32,000 bases of DNA from Hyperthermus butylicus DSM 5456 (lineage in GTDB: Archaea > Thermoproteota > Thermoprotei_A > Sulfolobales > Pyrodictiaceae): NCBI RefSeq assembly GCF_000015145.1, contig NC_008818.1, forward strand, positions 1,350,001 to 1,382,000. The letters run 5' to 3'. The notes under the pieces are model-generated. The model saw nothing but the letters and a program-made list of their open reading frames with translations, had not been told where the DNA came from and made no database searches. How positions within the stretch are numbered: the stretch's first letter is position 1; the number at the start of each line of letters is the position of its first letter. Positions 17,241 to 25,998 of this stretch are shown piece after piece. The position numbers were made by a program, and so were the translations under genes.

Positions 17241-17541
17241 AATGGTTAATGGACACGCCGATATGGATGGAACTCAATTACGTCTTTGTAGGCTTCTAGG
17301 GGGCAGCTGAGCATCCACGGCCTATACCGTGCCAGGAGAACACCGTGAAGTACTGGAACGAGAACTCATACTCCAAAGCGGCAGCATAAAGCGGCATGGA
17401 ATAGTGTCGAGAATAGATCTGCATAGCCAAGCCCAGTCACGAGCACACGGCAAATACTCAAATCCTAGCTACCTTTTAACTCGCGACTAGCCTTAATTAT
17501 GGAGTTTGAAATACAATATAGTCTTTGTGGCTAGTTCGCGA

Positions 17542-18426
17542 CTATGTGCAGGGTGTCATCGCACCATCCATTACTATTGTTGCACCGTTCATGTACTCGG
17601 CGCTTGGCGACAAGAGGAAGGCTAGCAGGTTCGCTAGCTCTTCGGGTCGCGCGACTCTGCCCAGGGGGGTTGCCTCCAGTACGAGCTTTCTCCACGCCTC
17701 CTCCGGGCTTAGACCCATAGACTCGCCTATCCTGGCTACGTTTCTCCTGGCTCCCGGCGTGTCGAAGCTTCCGAGCAGCACGGTGTAGGCCCTTATGCCC
17801 CGGCCGCCGTAGCTCCGTGCAACCAGTTTTGCAAGCTGTACCAGTCCCGCCCTCGACACATCCGCAAGAGCGAACGGGGTCATAGGCGCCTTCACACTGA
17901 CCGATGAAAGGTATACGAAGACGCCGCTTCCCCGCCTGAGGAACCTTGGCAGGAGGAGGCTTGTAAGGAACCCTGGCGCGACAAGGTGGAGCCTTGCTGC
18001 TTCAAGCCAGTCGCTATAGCCTGCATCCTCGAGGTGGCAGGGCTCGCAGGAGACGTTCCCGGCATTAAATACTAGAGCGTCAAGACCCCCCAGGCCATCC
18101 CATGCCTCCTCTACAAGCCTCACAAGATCATCCCTTCTGGTAAGGTCAGCCTGGATAGCGATAGGCTCGACTCCTGTCTCCTCCTTTATCTCCTTGGCAG
18201 CCCTCTCCAATGCCTCCCGGCTCCTAGACGATATAGCCACGCTAGCGCCAAGCCTGGCAAGCCCCCTGGCGGCATAGAACCCGATACCACGACTTGAAGC
18301 AGTAACAAGAACATTCACGCCACGTAGATCGAAGCTTGCCCTGCCAGGCAAATTAGAGCCCACCCCTTCACTGCACCCTTGGTCTGGGCGTGGCAGCTCC
18401 AGCAGCTCAAGACTCCGGAGCAGCAA
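17542..18426 (-). CDS. Short-chain dehydrogenase/reductase (SDR)
   Basis: VLVTASSRGIGFYAARGLARLG (TGxxxGxG-type), NAGN and S..Y.xxK-region patterns. The N-terminal 25 codons of the track ORF are unlikely to be translated; an in-frame TTG at 18351 gives MPGRASFDLRGVNVLVTASS. Confidence 0.85.
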   Translation of the reverse strand: MLLRSLELLELPRPDQGCSEGVGSNLPGRASFDLRGVNVLVTASSRGIGFYAARGLARLGASVAISSRSREALERAAKEIKEETGVEPIAIQADLTRRDDLVRLVEEAWDGLGGLDALVFNAGNVSCEPCHLEDAGYSDWLEAARLHLVAPGFLTSLLLPRFLRRGSGVFVYLSSVSVKAPMTPFALADVSRAGLVQLAKLVARSYGGRGIRAYTVLLGSFDTPGARRNVARIGESMGLSPEEAWRKLVLEATPLGRVARPEELANLLAFLLSPSAEYMNGATIVMDGAMTPCT

Positions 18427-18818
18427 TAATGTGCTTAGCTAGGCATGAAGTATAGGAGGTCCATTAGCACAATATACGGCATCAAATGTCGTAATAGCAA
18501 TGCGACTATCACAGCTGTCTGGGGTTGCTAGGAGGCTGCAAAGCCCTACCGCTGCAATGCTGTAACACTCGTCATACATGCTTATGCTATAACATTAATA
18601 ACATCGACGTGTTTTATATGATATTTTTTATTATGATATGCGGAGCGTATTGCCTTAGACTTTGATGTCTAAGTATGTCGAACCCTTCATGTGGTCATCC
18701 CCGAGACCTGTAGGTAGGCTGCTACCCGAAGGTTTCTGGCCCACCTATTTAACCAGCTCATCCATTCCCGGCCGCTAGAACCTGGAAGACTGAACAGAGG
18801 TCTAGATAAGGCGCCCTA

Positions 18819-19523
18819 ATGGTGAGCCATGCCTTGAGAAAGCTTGTGGTAGTACTAGGCCTTGTAGCTCTAATACTAGTGTTCGGCATCGCCGCCTACA
18901 GGCACGCTGAGGCAATGAGTAACGGCGCGCCACAGCTCAACTGTCTACAGTGCCACCAGAGTGCGGCGCAGAATCCGGTGGACTTCACTATAACTGGCCT
19001 GCCGCAGAACTACCAGCCGGGCAAGACCTACACGATAACGATCAAGATCAATAATGGCCCAGACTGTAGCAGTGGCGTAGCCTGTGGCGGCTTTGCAGTA
19101 GTGGTAGATGCTGGCGAGCTAATAGCCAGCGACAGCAAGAACACCTTCATCTCCGGCGAGATACTAACCCACACCAAGGACGGCTCAATGCTGCGCGAGT
19201 GGACATTCCAGTGGAAGGCTCCAGAGAACCCAGTGCCGGTAACCTTCAACATATCCGTAATAGCTGCCAACGGTGACGGCACCTTCAACGGCGATGCCTT
19301 CGGTAATAAGGTGATAAAGATAGAGCCCGCCAAGGCCGCTGAAGAGGAGCCTGCTAAACAAGAGGAGGAGCCGAGCACAACAACCACAACAACTACGACT
19401 ACAACCACTAGGACGGTGACAACCGTTGAGAAGACAGAGCACAACCTGCCTCTAGCGATAGCTGTAGCAGTTGTAATATTCGTAGTAGTAGTTGCCGGCT
19501 ACCTACTACTAGCCAGGAAATAA
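18819..19523 (+). CDS. Exported, C-terminally anchored mono-haem c-type cytochrome with a beta-rich domain and a Thr-rich stalk
   Basis: N-terminal signal-like helix (LVVVLGLVALILVFGIAAY..AEA). A single CLQCH haem-c motif at 18942-18956. A ~120-aa beta-strand-like domain (GGFAVVVDAGE..FQWKAPENPVPVTFNISVIAANGDGTFNGD). An acidic plus T11 linker (Thr run 19377-19409). A C-terminal TM helix followed by LLARK. Confidence 0.75.
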   Translation: MVSHALRKLVVVLGLVALILVFGIAAYRHAEAMSNGAPQLNCLQCHQSAAQNPVDFTITGLPQNYQPGKTYTITIKINNGPDCSSGVACGGFAVVVDAGELIASDSKNTFISGEILTHTKDGSMLREWTFQWKAPENPVPVTFNISVIAANGDGTFNGDAFGNKVIKIEPAKAAEEEPAKQEEEPSTTTTTTTTTTTRTVTTVEKTEHNLPLAIAVAVVIFVVVVAGYLLLARK

Positions 19524-19715
19524 GGCCTGGCCAGCCACAGTAGTGCGACTATCCAAAACCCGGCCATACAATGTTTTTAGCGACATATAGCGCCTCCAAA
19601 ATCTTCAGACCATTCTGCCCCGGGAAACCTTGTCAAACCCCGTTTTCTGCCGGAAGCCGGGCACCTCGCGAGATATACTCTATGATTAAGTAGTAAACAG
19701 GCATGGTGGCCGGTA

Positions 19716-20729
19716 GTGCCTATGGCCGGAGAAGATGTCGCTGGTGGTGCCGGGATTCGCGTAGAGGTAGTTTGCATGAATGGTATTTCCTCAGCTAAGT
19801 GTACAAGAACTGTTGAGATAGGCCTAGGGGACTTGCATGCTACCGTAGACTTGCTAGATGATGTATGGGGGGAGAGCCCGGAGAGGCCTGTTCTCCTCGT
19901 ATCCACGTCGCTGCGGGGCTTTGACGCTCTGGTCAAGGAGCTGGGAGAGCTCGGCCGCAACCCCTTCCTCGTTGAGGCCACGGGCATACCTGAAACTATG
20001 TTGTCAGGGCTGAGCCTCGATAACCTCATAGACTACTATGCCGGCTTTATCGCGGCAACACTGCAGGAGCGGCAGCGGGCTAAGAGGAGAACACCGCCGG
20101 TAACCCGGCGGGAGGCGCTTCGCCGCTTCTTCCTGATCCCGCCAGAGTATGTTGTGCTGCCAAGACTCCGAGGAAGCTGCGGTGATGCAGAGGTCTGCCC
20201 GTACTCGGCGTTGACCCCCGAAGGGCTTGACGAGGCGCGGTGTCGAGGCTGCATGCTCTGCGCAGCTATGTGTCCTGGGGCTGTGGAGCAGCTTGCGTGG
20301 ACTGGAGCAGCGAGCCTAGCTTACGCTTACAGCTTTGCTGACCGCTACGCGCTTGACGGAATACTGTTCATCTGCCGGCGTAGCCTTGGTATGCTAGACG
20401 AGTATGCTGTGGATGCTAGCCCAGCGCGGCTCCTACCTTTCCACGTGCCCTGCATCTCCTGGCTCCAGCCAAGCCTGCTAGCAGCGCTCAACAAGCTGGG
20501 CATCCGTGTCCACGTCCACCGGGATCCTGGGATCTGTAATGGATGTCAGCTGGAGGCAGCAGCGGGAATAGCTGAGAAGCTGCTCTCGCAGCGTGGAGTC
20601 CGTGTCTCTCCTCGGCTATCAGAGGCGAGCATATACGCTTACACTGGGTATACGAGGCCGAAGAAAAGCATGAGGGAGATTCTAGTGATGCTAGCAGGCA
20701 TGGCCTCTGACACAGCGGAAAAGGCCTAG
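19716..20729 (+). CDS. Uncharacterised Fe-S protein with one ferredoxin motif and an MvhD/FlpD-like C-terminal region
   Basis: 337 aa. CRGCMLCAAMCP (a full 4Fe-4S motif) is preceded by a partial CGDAEVCP. The C-terminal ILFICRRS..FHVPCISWLQPSLLAALNKLGIRVHVHRDPGICNGCQ resembles the MvhD/FlpD domain pattern; this is a weak, by-eye call. Start is GTG 19716 or ATG 19722. Confidence 0.5.
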   Translation: MPMAGEDVAGGAGIRVEVVCMNGISSAKCTRTVEIGLGDLHATVDLLDDVWGESPERPVLLVSTSLRGFDALVKELGELGRNPFLVEATGIPETMLSGLSLDNLIDYYAGFIAATLQERQRAKRRTPPVTRREALRRFFLIPPEYVVLPRLRGSCGDAEVCPYSALTPEGLDEARCRGCMLCAAMCPGAVEQLAWTGAASLAYAYSFADRYALDGILFICRRSLGMLDEYAVDASPARLLPFHVPCISWLQPSLLAALNKLGIRVHVHRDPGICNGCQLEAAAGIAEKLLSQRGVRVSPRLSEASIYAYTGYTRPKKSMREILVMLAGMASDTAEKA

Positions 20730-20734
20730 CAGGA

Positions 20735-21700
20735 CTAGAGGCGGAGCGGCTCAGGCTCGCCCGGCACCACTTTTACACCACTAAGCCCCAGGCCTGTCTT
20801 GCTCAGCAGCTTATCCGCCTGCCCGACAGCCTCTACGCATTCCCGCACAGGCTCTCCCTCCCCACCACTACTGCAGTACACGAGTAGCTTGTCCCCCTCT
20901 CTTCCGACATGGTTTACACCGGGTTCTCCGGGTCTGAGACTCTCTATGAGTGCTAGTAGCGCTGCCGCACTATCATCCATGTCTCCCCGGCAGTACGCGC
21001 GAAGAGCGGCGAGTGCCTCCTCGGCGTCGGGGCCGAGGAGTGATAGGAGGTTAGCCTCGCCGACAGCTTCGAGTCTCTGCCGGAGAATAGTGGCTGGCGG
21101 GCCTCCAGGCCCCTCTGCGAGGAAGTGCAACAGTACGGTTAGCACCTGGAGCGGGGTAGCGCCAAGCCCGGCAGCCCACGCGATTGACTCTCCGTAGTGT
21201 AGCCTTCCGCGGCCGTACTCGTAGTTGGATGCTAGTGCTATAAGCGGGCCCAACCGGTCCCTGCTGCCAGCCGCTTCCAGCGCAGCCTTTAGCCCATGGA
21301 GTGCCGCCAGAGCCTGCCGTGGCACCACTAGCTCCTCCCGCCCAGGGTAGAGCTTTGCAAGAGTGTTCCACGCCTGTTTCACAGCATCCAAGGGCTCAGT
21401 GTTGCCCCATAGCACCATGTACGCTGCAAGTCCTACAACACAGTTCCACGGGTTTTGCCCACAGACCACCACTGCAGGATCGCCATCGAGTAGAACGGCG
21501 GCCGTGTAGGCGCCTATAGTGTCGCCACGGCTAAGGTTTATGGTCTCGGCTAGCACGTCGTAGCCTAGGAAGAAGTATTCCCCGTACAGGTCGGCGTAAA
21601 ACTCGTCCAGAAGTACCAGCCGCTTTCCAGGCTCAAGCACTTCGTCGAGGCCGGGGCCCACAACGAACAAGTGGCCGTGGTATTTGACTGTGGCTGGCAC
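20735..21700 (-). CDS. Hypothetical protein, divergent from napA
   Basis: 321-aa ORF with a GTG start and an Ala/Leu-rich helical C-terminal half. The N-terminal segment VVVCGQNPWNCVVGLAAYMVLWG loosely recalls a phosphatase P-loop scaffold but lacks the Arg. Function unknown. Confidence 0.5.
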   Translation of the reverse strand: MPATVKYHGHLFVVGPGLDEVLEPGKRLVLLDEFYADLYGEYFFLGYDVLAETINLSRGDTIGAYTAAVLLDGDPAVVVCGQNPWNCVVGLAAYMVLWGNTEPLDAVKQAWNTLAKLYPGREELVVPRQALAALHGLKAALEAAGSRDRLGPLIALASNYEYGRGRLHYGESIAWAAGLGATPLQVLTVLLHFLAEGPGGPPATILRQRLEAVGEANLLSLLGPDAEEALAALRAYCRGDMDDSAAALLALIESLRPGEPGVNHVGREGDKLLVYCSSGGEGEPVRECVEAVGQADKLLSKTGLGLSGVKVVPGEPEPLRL

Positions 21701-21838
21701 TACAGGCTACACCCCCGTGTACAATGTACCATCGTCTTGCTACACTATATGGGTGGGAACCCGAAACCCTTAGGCGTAGGTAAAATATAGTTTAATAACA
21801 AAAAATTCGCAGTGGCCGAAGGTGAGATATAAAACTCA

Positions 21839-24800
21839 ATGGCGGAGGGTTATGTCTTCTTGCCGGATCAAACACGACGTGATATCCTAAAAGCAATAGC
21901 TCTCGGTGCAGCCTTTGCAGCTGTTGGTGGCGTAGCAGCCTACCACCTCACTGGCAGGAAGGTTGTTGAGACGCTCGAAAACATAACTAGGAAGAACGAG
22001 ACCGTTGTAACATCGCCAACGGAGGCTAAGCCGTCAGAGGAGGCGAAGCCCAAGCTAACCGCGGTACCCGTTGGCCCCTGCAGGTTCTGTGGCGTTGGCT
22101 GTGGCGTCCAGGCCCAGATTGTAAAGGACCCCAAGACTGGCATGGCCAAGGACATTGTAGCTTTGATGGGTATACAGGAGTACCCGGTGAACAGGGGCGC
22201 ACTCTGTACCAAGGCCTTCTACATACACAAGGCCATAGGCTACGGCGGCAACATGCAGGCCTACGAGCAGAGGCTCAAGAAGCCACTAGTAAACAAGGAC
22301 TGGATCATACCCGGCAAGAACAGGCCGCCAGTAACCCCCGAGGAGATACCAGAAGCGCCTAGGGTTAAGAACCGCCAGGTAAGCAAGAACCCAGACGCCA
22401 AGGTGCCAACAGTAGAGCACATCAAGAAGAACTTTGTCGAGGTAGACTGGGATACAGCAGTCAAGTTCTTCACAGCAGTCATGAAGTACGCTCTCCAGAA
22501 GTACGGCCCTCACAGCTTTGCCTACTATGGCAGCGGCCAGTTAGGCACCGAGGAGAGCTATGTAATCAACAAGCTAACCAAGGCAGGCATACACACCAAC
22601 AACCTAGACGGAAACCCCAGAATGTGTATGGTTAGCGCTGTTGGCGGCTTCATAACGAGCTATGGTGCAGACGAGCCGGAGGTAAGCTACGACCACATAG
22701 ACGTTCCAGAGCCCGACCTAGGCGTACATGCTGACACATTCCTCCTAATAGGTACCAACACTGCTGAAGCTCACCCAATAGTCTTCGGCCGCATAGCCCA
22801 GGTCAAGCAGAAGAACCCAGACAAGGTCAAGGTTATCCTTGCAGACCCACGTAAGACTAGGAGCGGCAGCATAGCAGATCTATGGCTCCCACTGCGCTGG
22901 AGCATGGACGTAGCCTTCCTCCACACGCTAGCCCACATAATAGTCTTCGACCTAGACGGCTGCAAGGTTGACGCCAAGACGGGCAAGGTGGAGTGCAAGG
23001 GCGAGTATGTCGACATAAAGTGGTTGAAGCGCCACGCGGACTTTGCAATACCAACCAACACTGCCAAGACCTGGGCACTCAAGGACTACAACACCAAGTA
23101 CAACAGCATGGGTGACCTAAACAAGGTCTGGGACATGGGTACCACAGCGAGCAATGCATCCAACTATAAGCTCTACCCGAGCGTTGGCAAGGAGTACAAG
23201 AGCGAGGAGGAGGTAGAGAGAGACTGGTGGAAGGGCTTCGCCCTCTACCTCAAGTTCCTGGAAATGTACAAGCCAGAGGTAATGGTCAAGATACTCTTCG
23301 GCGATGAGAAGCCGCTAATCAATAGGGAGACAGCAGAGAAGCTAATAGAGCAGGGTGAGCTAAGCCCAGACAAGGTCGACCTAAGCGGCAACGAGCCATT
23401 CGTAGAGATAGACCCCGTGGAGGCTATGAGGCTAGCAGCCAAGTGGATGGCTAAGGGTCGCCTGCTAGTGTTCTGGACGATGGGCGTCAACCAGAAGATC
23501 CAGGGCGTGCACGCTGTCAATAGCATAATCAACCTTCTAGCACTCACCGGCCAGATAGGCAGGTACGGAGCTGGCAGCTTCAGCCTCACCGGCCAGCCCA
23601 ATGCCTGCGGCGGCATCCGTGACCAGGGCGGCCTAGCACACGTGCTGCCCTACGGCAGGCTCATAGCTGTAGAGTCTGCTAGGAAGCAAGTAGAGGACAT
23701 CTGGAAGAGGCTAACCGAGCAGTACCTCAGAGAGCGTGGCTACACAGAGGATGCAATTAGGAAGGAGATAGAGAGGGTCTACGTGCACCCAGTACCAGGT
23801 CCACACGTGGTAGAGATGTTCCGCCGCGTCGCTGCAGGCCAGATCAAGATAGTATGGATAGCTGAGACCAACCCTGGCCACAGCCTACCAAACGTCTTCA
23901 AGTTCCGTGCTGGCATGGCTAAGCCGCACGACGACGACCCGGCATTCCCATTCATAGTCGTTAGCGACATCTACCCAACAAGAACCACCGACGTAGCCGA
24001 CCTGATACTCCCCAGTGCGGCGTGGGGCGAGAAGGAGTTCAAGTATGGCTGCAGCGAGCGCCGCTACAGCATAGCCCGCTACATAATACCGCCACCAGGT
24101 GAGGCCGTCGCCGACCACATGATATTCGCAATGCTGGGCAAGGCCTGGGAGGACGAGGGCCTAGTACCAAAGGGCATAGTGAGCGGCTTCTTCCCAGAGG
24201 ATGTCGACAAGGCTGCGAAGGCTGCTGGCAAGAGCTGGGTACAGTACGTAGTTGAGAAGAGCCGCGACAAGAAGTGGCACGAGGAGTTCCTCAACAGGCT
24301 ATGGGACCGCGACATACTAAGCCTAGCCAAGAACACCTACTACGACTTCAGCTACGTGAAGCGTGAAGCCTTCAGGAAGATGATAACCGGATTCCGCTGG
24401 CCATGGCCGGAGCAGTATGCCAGCAACCCGAGCGTCAAAGCACGCTACGACAAGTACGAGTCCGCTAGCAGGTTCTCATACCCATACGACCCACTGATGC
24501 CCGACCCAGAGGACATCAAGAAGATCTACAACGACATAAAGAACATGAACAGCGCTGAGGAGATAAAGAAGTATATAGACAGCCTAGATGAGACCAAGAT
24601 ACACCCGGTCCACAAGGCTAAGTGGCTCGGCAAGCTCGCAAGCAACCCAGTACTGATGAAGTGGGTGCTCAAGCAGATAGTCGAGGAGATAGACGATAAG
24701 AACTACAAGCGCGAGAAGGTGGTGCCAGATAACTGGTACGTAGTCTTCTACGCGAAGCCGACAGGCAGGATGACCATCTGGGCTAGGCCGTGGCTGCCAG

Positions 24801-25588
24801 TAGTGATAGACCACGAGACTGGCGAGGTTAAGATAAACAAGGAGGTAACAATAACCTTCGAGAAGCTAGATGCCGACGCCGTATTCGGCGGCAGTATATC
24901 AGTATTCAGCGAGCCCAAGGGCCCATTCAAGATAGTAGAGAAGCACACAGCCGTACCAGCTAGCGGCGACCCAGAGAAGGGCCTCAAGGTGCTAGAGTCC
25001 AAGAGCTGGGGCGAGGCGCTAAAGACGAACTTCGGCGACATAGAGGCGATATTCCAGATAGCCCTAGCGCCAGCAGAAGCGCCTGGCTTCACGCTAAAGT
25101 ACAGGCTTGACGACGGTAGAGTGATAACTGTAAGGGATGCTAAGGACTACCCAATGGTAGTCACAACCGGCCGCGTAATAGAGCACTGGCACACGGGCAC
25201 AATGACTGGCCGCGTGCCAGAGCTGAAGAGGGTCAAGCCAGAAGCCTACGTCGAGATACATCAGGAGGTTGCAGAGAAGCTCGGCATCAAGGATGGCGAC
25301 TGGGTGACAGTAGAGAGCCCACGCGGCAAAGTAACAGTGAGGGCGAAGGTGCTGAACCCCAAGACGGGACTGGGCGGCCCAAGGAGGGACTACGTATTCG
25401 TGCCATGGTTCGACGAGAACAAGCTAGTTAACGCGCTAACACTAGACAACTACGACGTACAGCCATACTTCTTCCAGCCAGACTACAAGACCTGCGCAGC
25501 CAGGATAAGGAAGGCAGCGCCAGACGAGATACCTAGGAGTGAAACCGAGCAGACAGGCAAGCCTAAGTACAACATCAAGGTTTACTAG
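21839..25588 (+). CDS. napA: Periplasmic-type nitrate reductase catalytic subunit homologue (NapA-like Mo-bisPGD enzyme), unusually large
   Basis: 1249 aa. Tat motif TRRDILKAIALGAAFAAVGG. The 4Fe-4S motif CRFCGVGCG starts at 22079. NPRMCMVSAVGGF..GADEP carries the Cys at the NapA Mo-ligand position (22625-22627). SLTGQPNACGG, TGRVIEHWHTGTMTGRVPELKR and FVPWFDENKLVNALTLDNYD..PDYKTCAARIRK closely follow NapA signature blocks as I remember them from bacterial NapA. Confidence 0.85.
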   Translation: MAEGYVFLPDQTRRDILKAIALGAAFAAVGGVAAYHLTGRKVVETLENITRKNETVVTSPTEAKPSEEAKPKLTAVPVGPCRFCGVGCGVQAQIVKDPKTGMAKDIVALMGIQEYPVNRGALCTKAFYIHKAIGYGGNMQAYEQRLKKPLVNKDWIIPGKNRPPVTPEEIPEAPRVKNRQVSKNPDAKVPTVEHIKKNFVEVDWDTAVKFFTAVMKYALQKYGPHSFAYYGSGQLGTEESYVINKLTKAGIHTNNLDGNPRMCMVSAVGGFITSYGADEPEVSYDHIDVPEPDLGVHADTFLLIGTNTAEAHPIVFGRIAQVKQKNPDKVKVILADPRKTRSGSIADLWLPLRWSMDVAFLHTLAHIIVFDLDGCKVDAKTGKVECKGEYVDIKWLKRHADFAIPTNTAKTWALKDYNTKYNSMGDLNKVWDMGTTASNASNYKLYPSVGKEYKSEEEVERDWWKGFALYLKFLEMYKPEVMVKILFGDEKPLINRETAEKLIEQGELSPDKVDLSGNEPFVEIDPVEAMRLAAKWMAKGRLLVFWTMGVNQKIQGVHAVNSIINLLALTGQIGRYGAGSFSLTGQPNACGGIRDQGGLAHVLPYGRLIAVESARKQVEDIWKRLTEQYLRERGYTEDAIRKEIERVYVHPVPGPHVVEMFRRVAAGQIKIVWIAETNPGHSLPNVFKFRAGMAKPHDDDPAFPFIVVSDIYPTRTTDVADLILPSAAWGEKEFKYGCSERRYSIARYIIPPPGEAVADHMIFAMLGKAWEDEGLVPKGIVSGFFPEDVDKAAKAAGKSWVQYVVEKSRDKKWHEEFLNRLWDRDILSLAKNTYYDFSYVKREAFRKMITGFRWPWPEQYASNPSVKARYDKYESASRFSYPYDPLMPDPEDIKKIYNDIKNMNSAEEIKKYIDSLDETKIHPVHKAKWLGKLASNPVLMKWVLKQIVEEIDDKNYKREKVVPDNWYVVFYAKPTGRMTIWARPWLPVVIDHETGEVKINKEVTITFEKLDADAVFGGSISVFSEPKGPFKIVEKHTAVPASGDPEKGLKVLESKSWGEALKTNFGDIEAIFQIALAPAEAPGFTLKYRLDDGRVITVRDAKDYPMVVTTGRVIEHWHTGTMTGRVPELKRVKPEAYVEIHQEVAEKLGIKDGDWVTVESPRGKVTVRAKVLNPKTGLGGPRRDYVFVPWFDENKLVNALTLDNYDVQPYFFQPDYKTCAARIRKAAPDEIPRSETEQTGKPKYNIKVY

Positions 25589-25998
25589 TGTCTTTCCTTG
25601 CACTGAGCGCGTTTTTAGCCCTTTAACCATCTAGGTAGGCTTGTTTCTCCTACCTCGCTTCATACCCCCACCACTCTCCGACCACCATGCCTTGCATAAC
25701 AGATTTACCACTACTACGTGTCTCCGGCCGGAGTACTTGCTAAGGAGTCGAGCGTTTTAGCCTTCTACATGGCAGGGTCGGCTCCGCTGCGGGGATATGG
25801 GTCGCGGGACGCACTGTGAACCGAAAACTAGCGGCGCAGGTGCCTAATCCACCCAGGCCTTGCCTGGTGTATTGGCTCCCGAAGCAATAGTAATCAACAT
25901 AACGTAGCTTGCGTAATGTAGCCTGTGTCGTGCGAAGTAGAGGGATAGCACGGCGAGAGGGTGGTGTAACATACTTGGGTAGTCACCATCGCTTCTCT

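Noticed and set aside
17482-17544. Imperfect inverted repeat CTCGCGACTAGCC ... GGCTAGTTCGCGAC around an AT-rich loop at the SDR gene 3' end
   Set aside because: It is possibly a bidirectional terminator between the convergent genes. However, it has one indel, a ~35-nt loop and no oligo-T run, which is too weak to annotate.
18611-18640. Direct repeat TATGATAT (18617-18624 and 18632-18639) in the AT-rich SDR/cytochrome intergenic region
   Set aside because: It is about 180-190 nt from both flanking start codons, and short AT-rich words recur by chance. No adjacent ORF or structure gives it a role.
19377-19409. ACA/ACC/ACT/ACG-rich tract as a tandem DNA repeat or hypervariable locus
   Set aside because: It is an in-frame run of 11 Thr codons with mixed synonymous codons, inside a well-supported exported protein. 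This is a low-complexity linker, not a DNA-level repeat array.
19577-20029. 150-aa minus-strand ORF overlapping the start of the 19716..20729 gene
   Set aside because: It is Ser/Arg/Pro/Thr-rich antisense sequence of a GC-rich gene, with no motifs.
22261-25630. Numerous short ORFs antisense to napA
   Set aside because: All lie within the continuous 1249-codon NapA frame, whose motifs are unambiguous.
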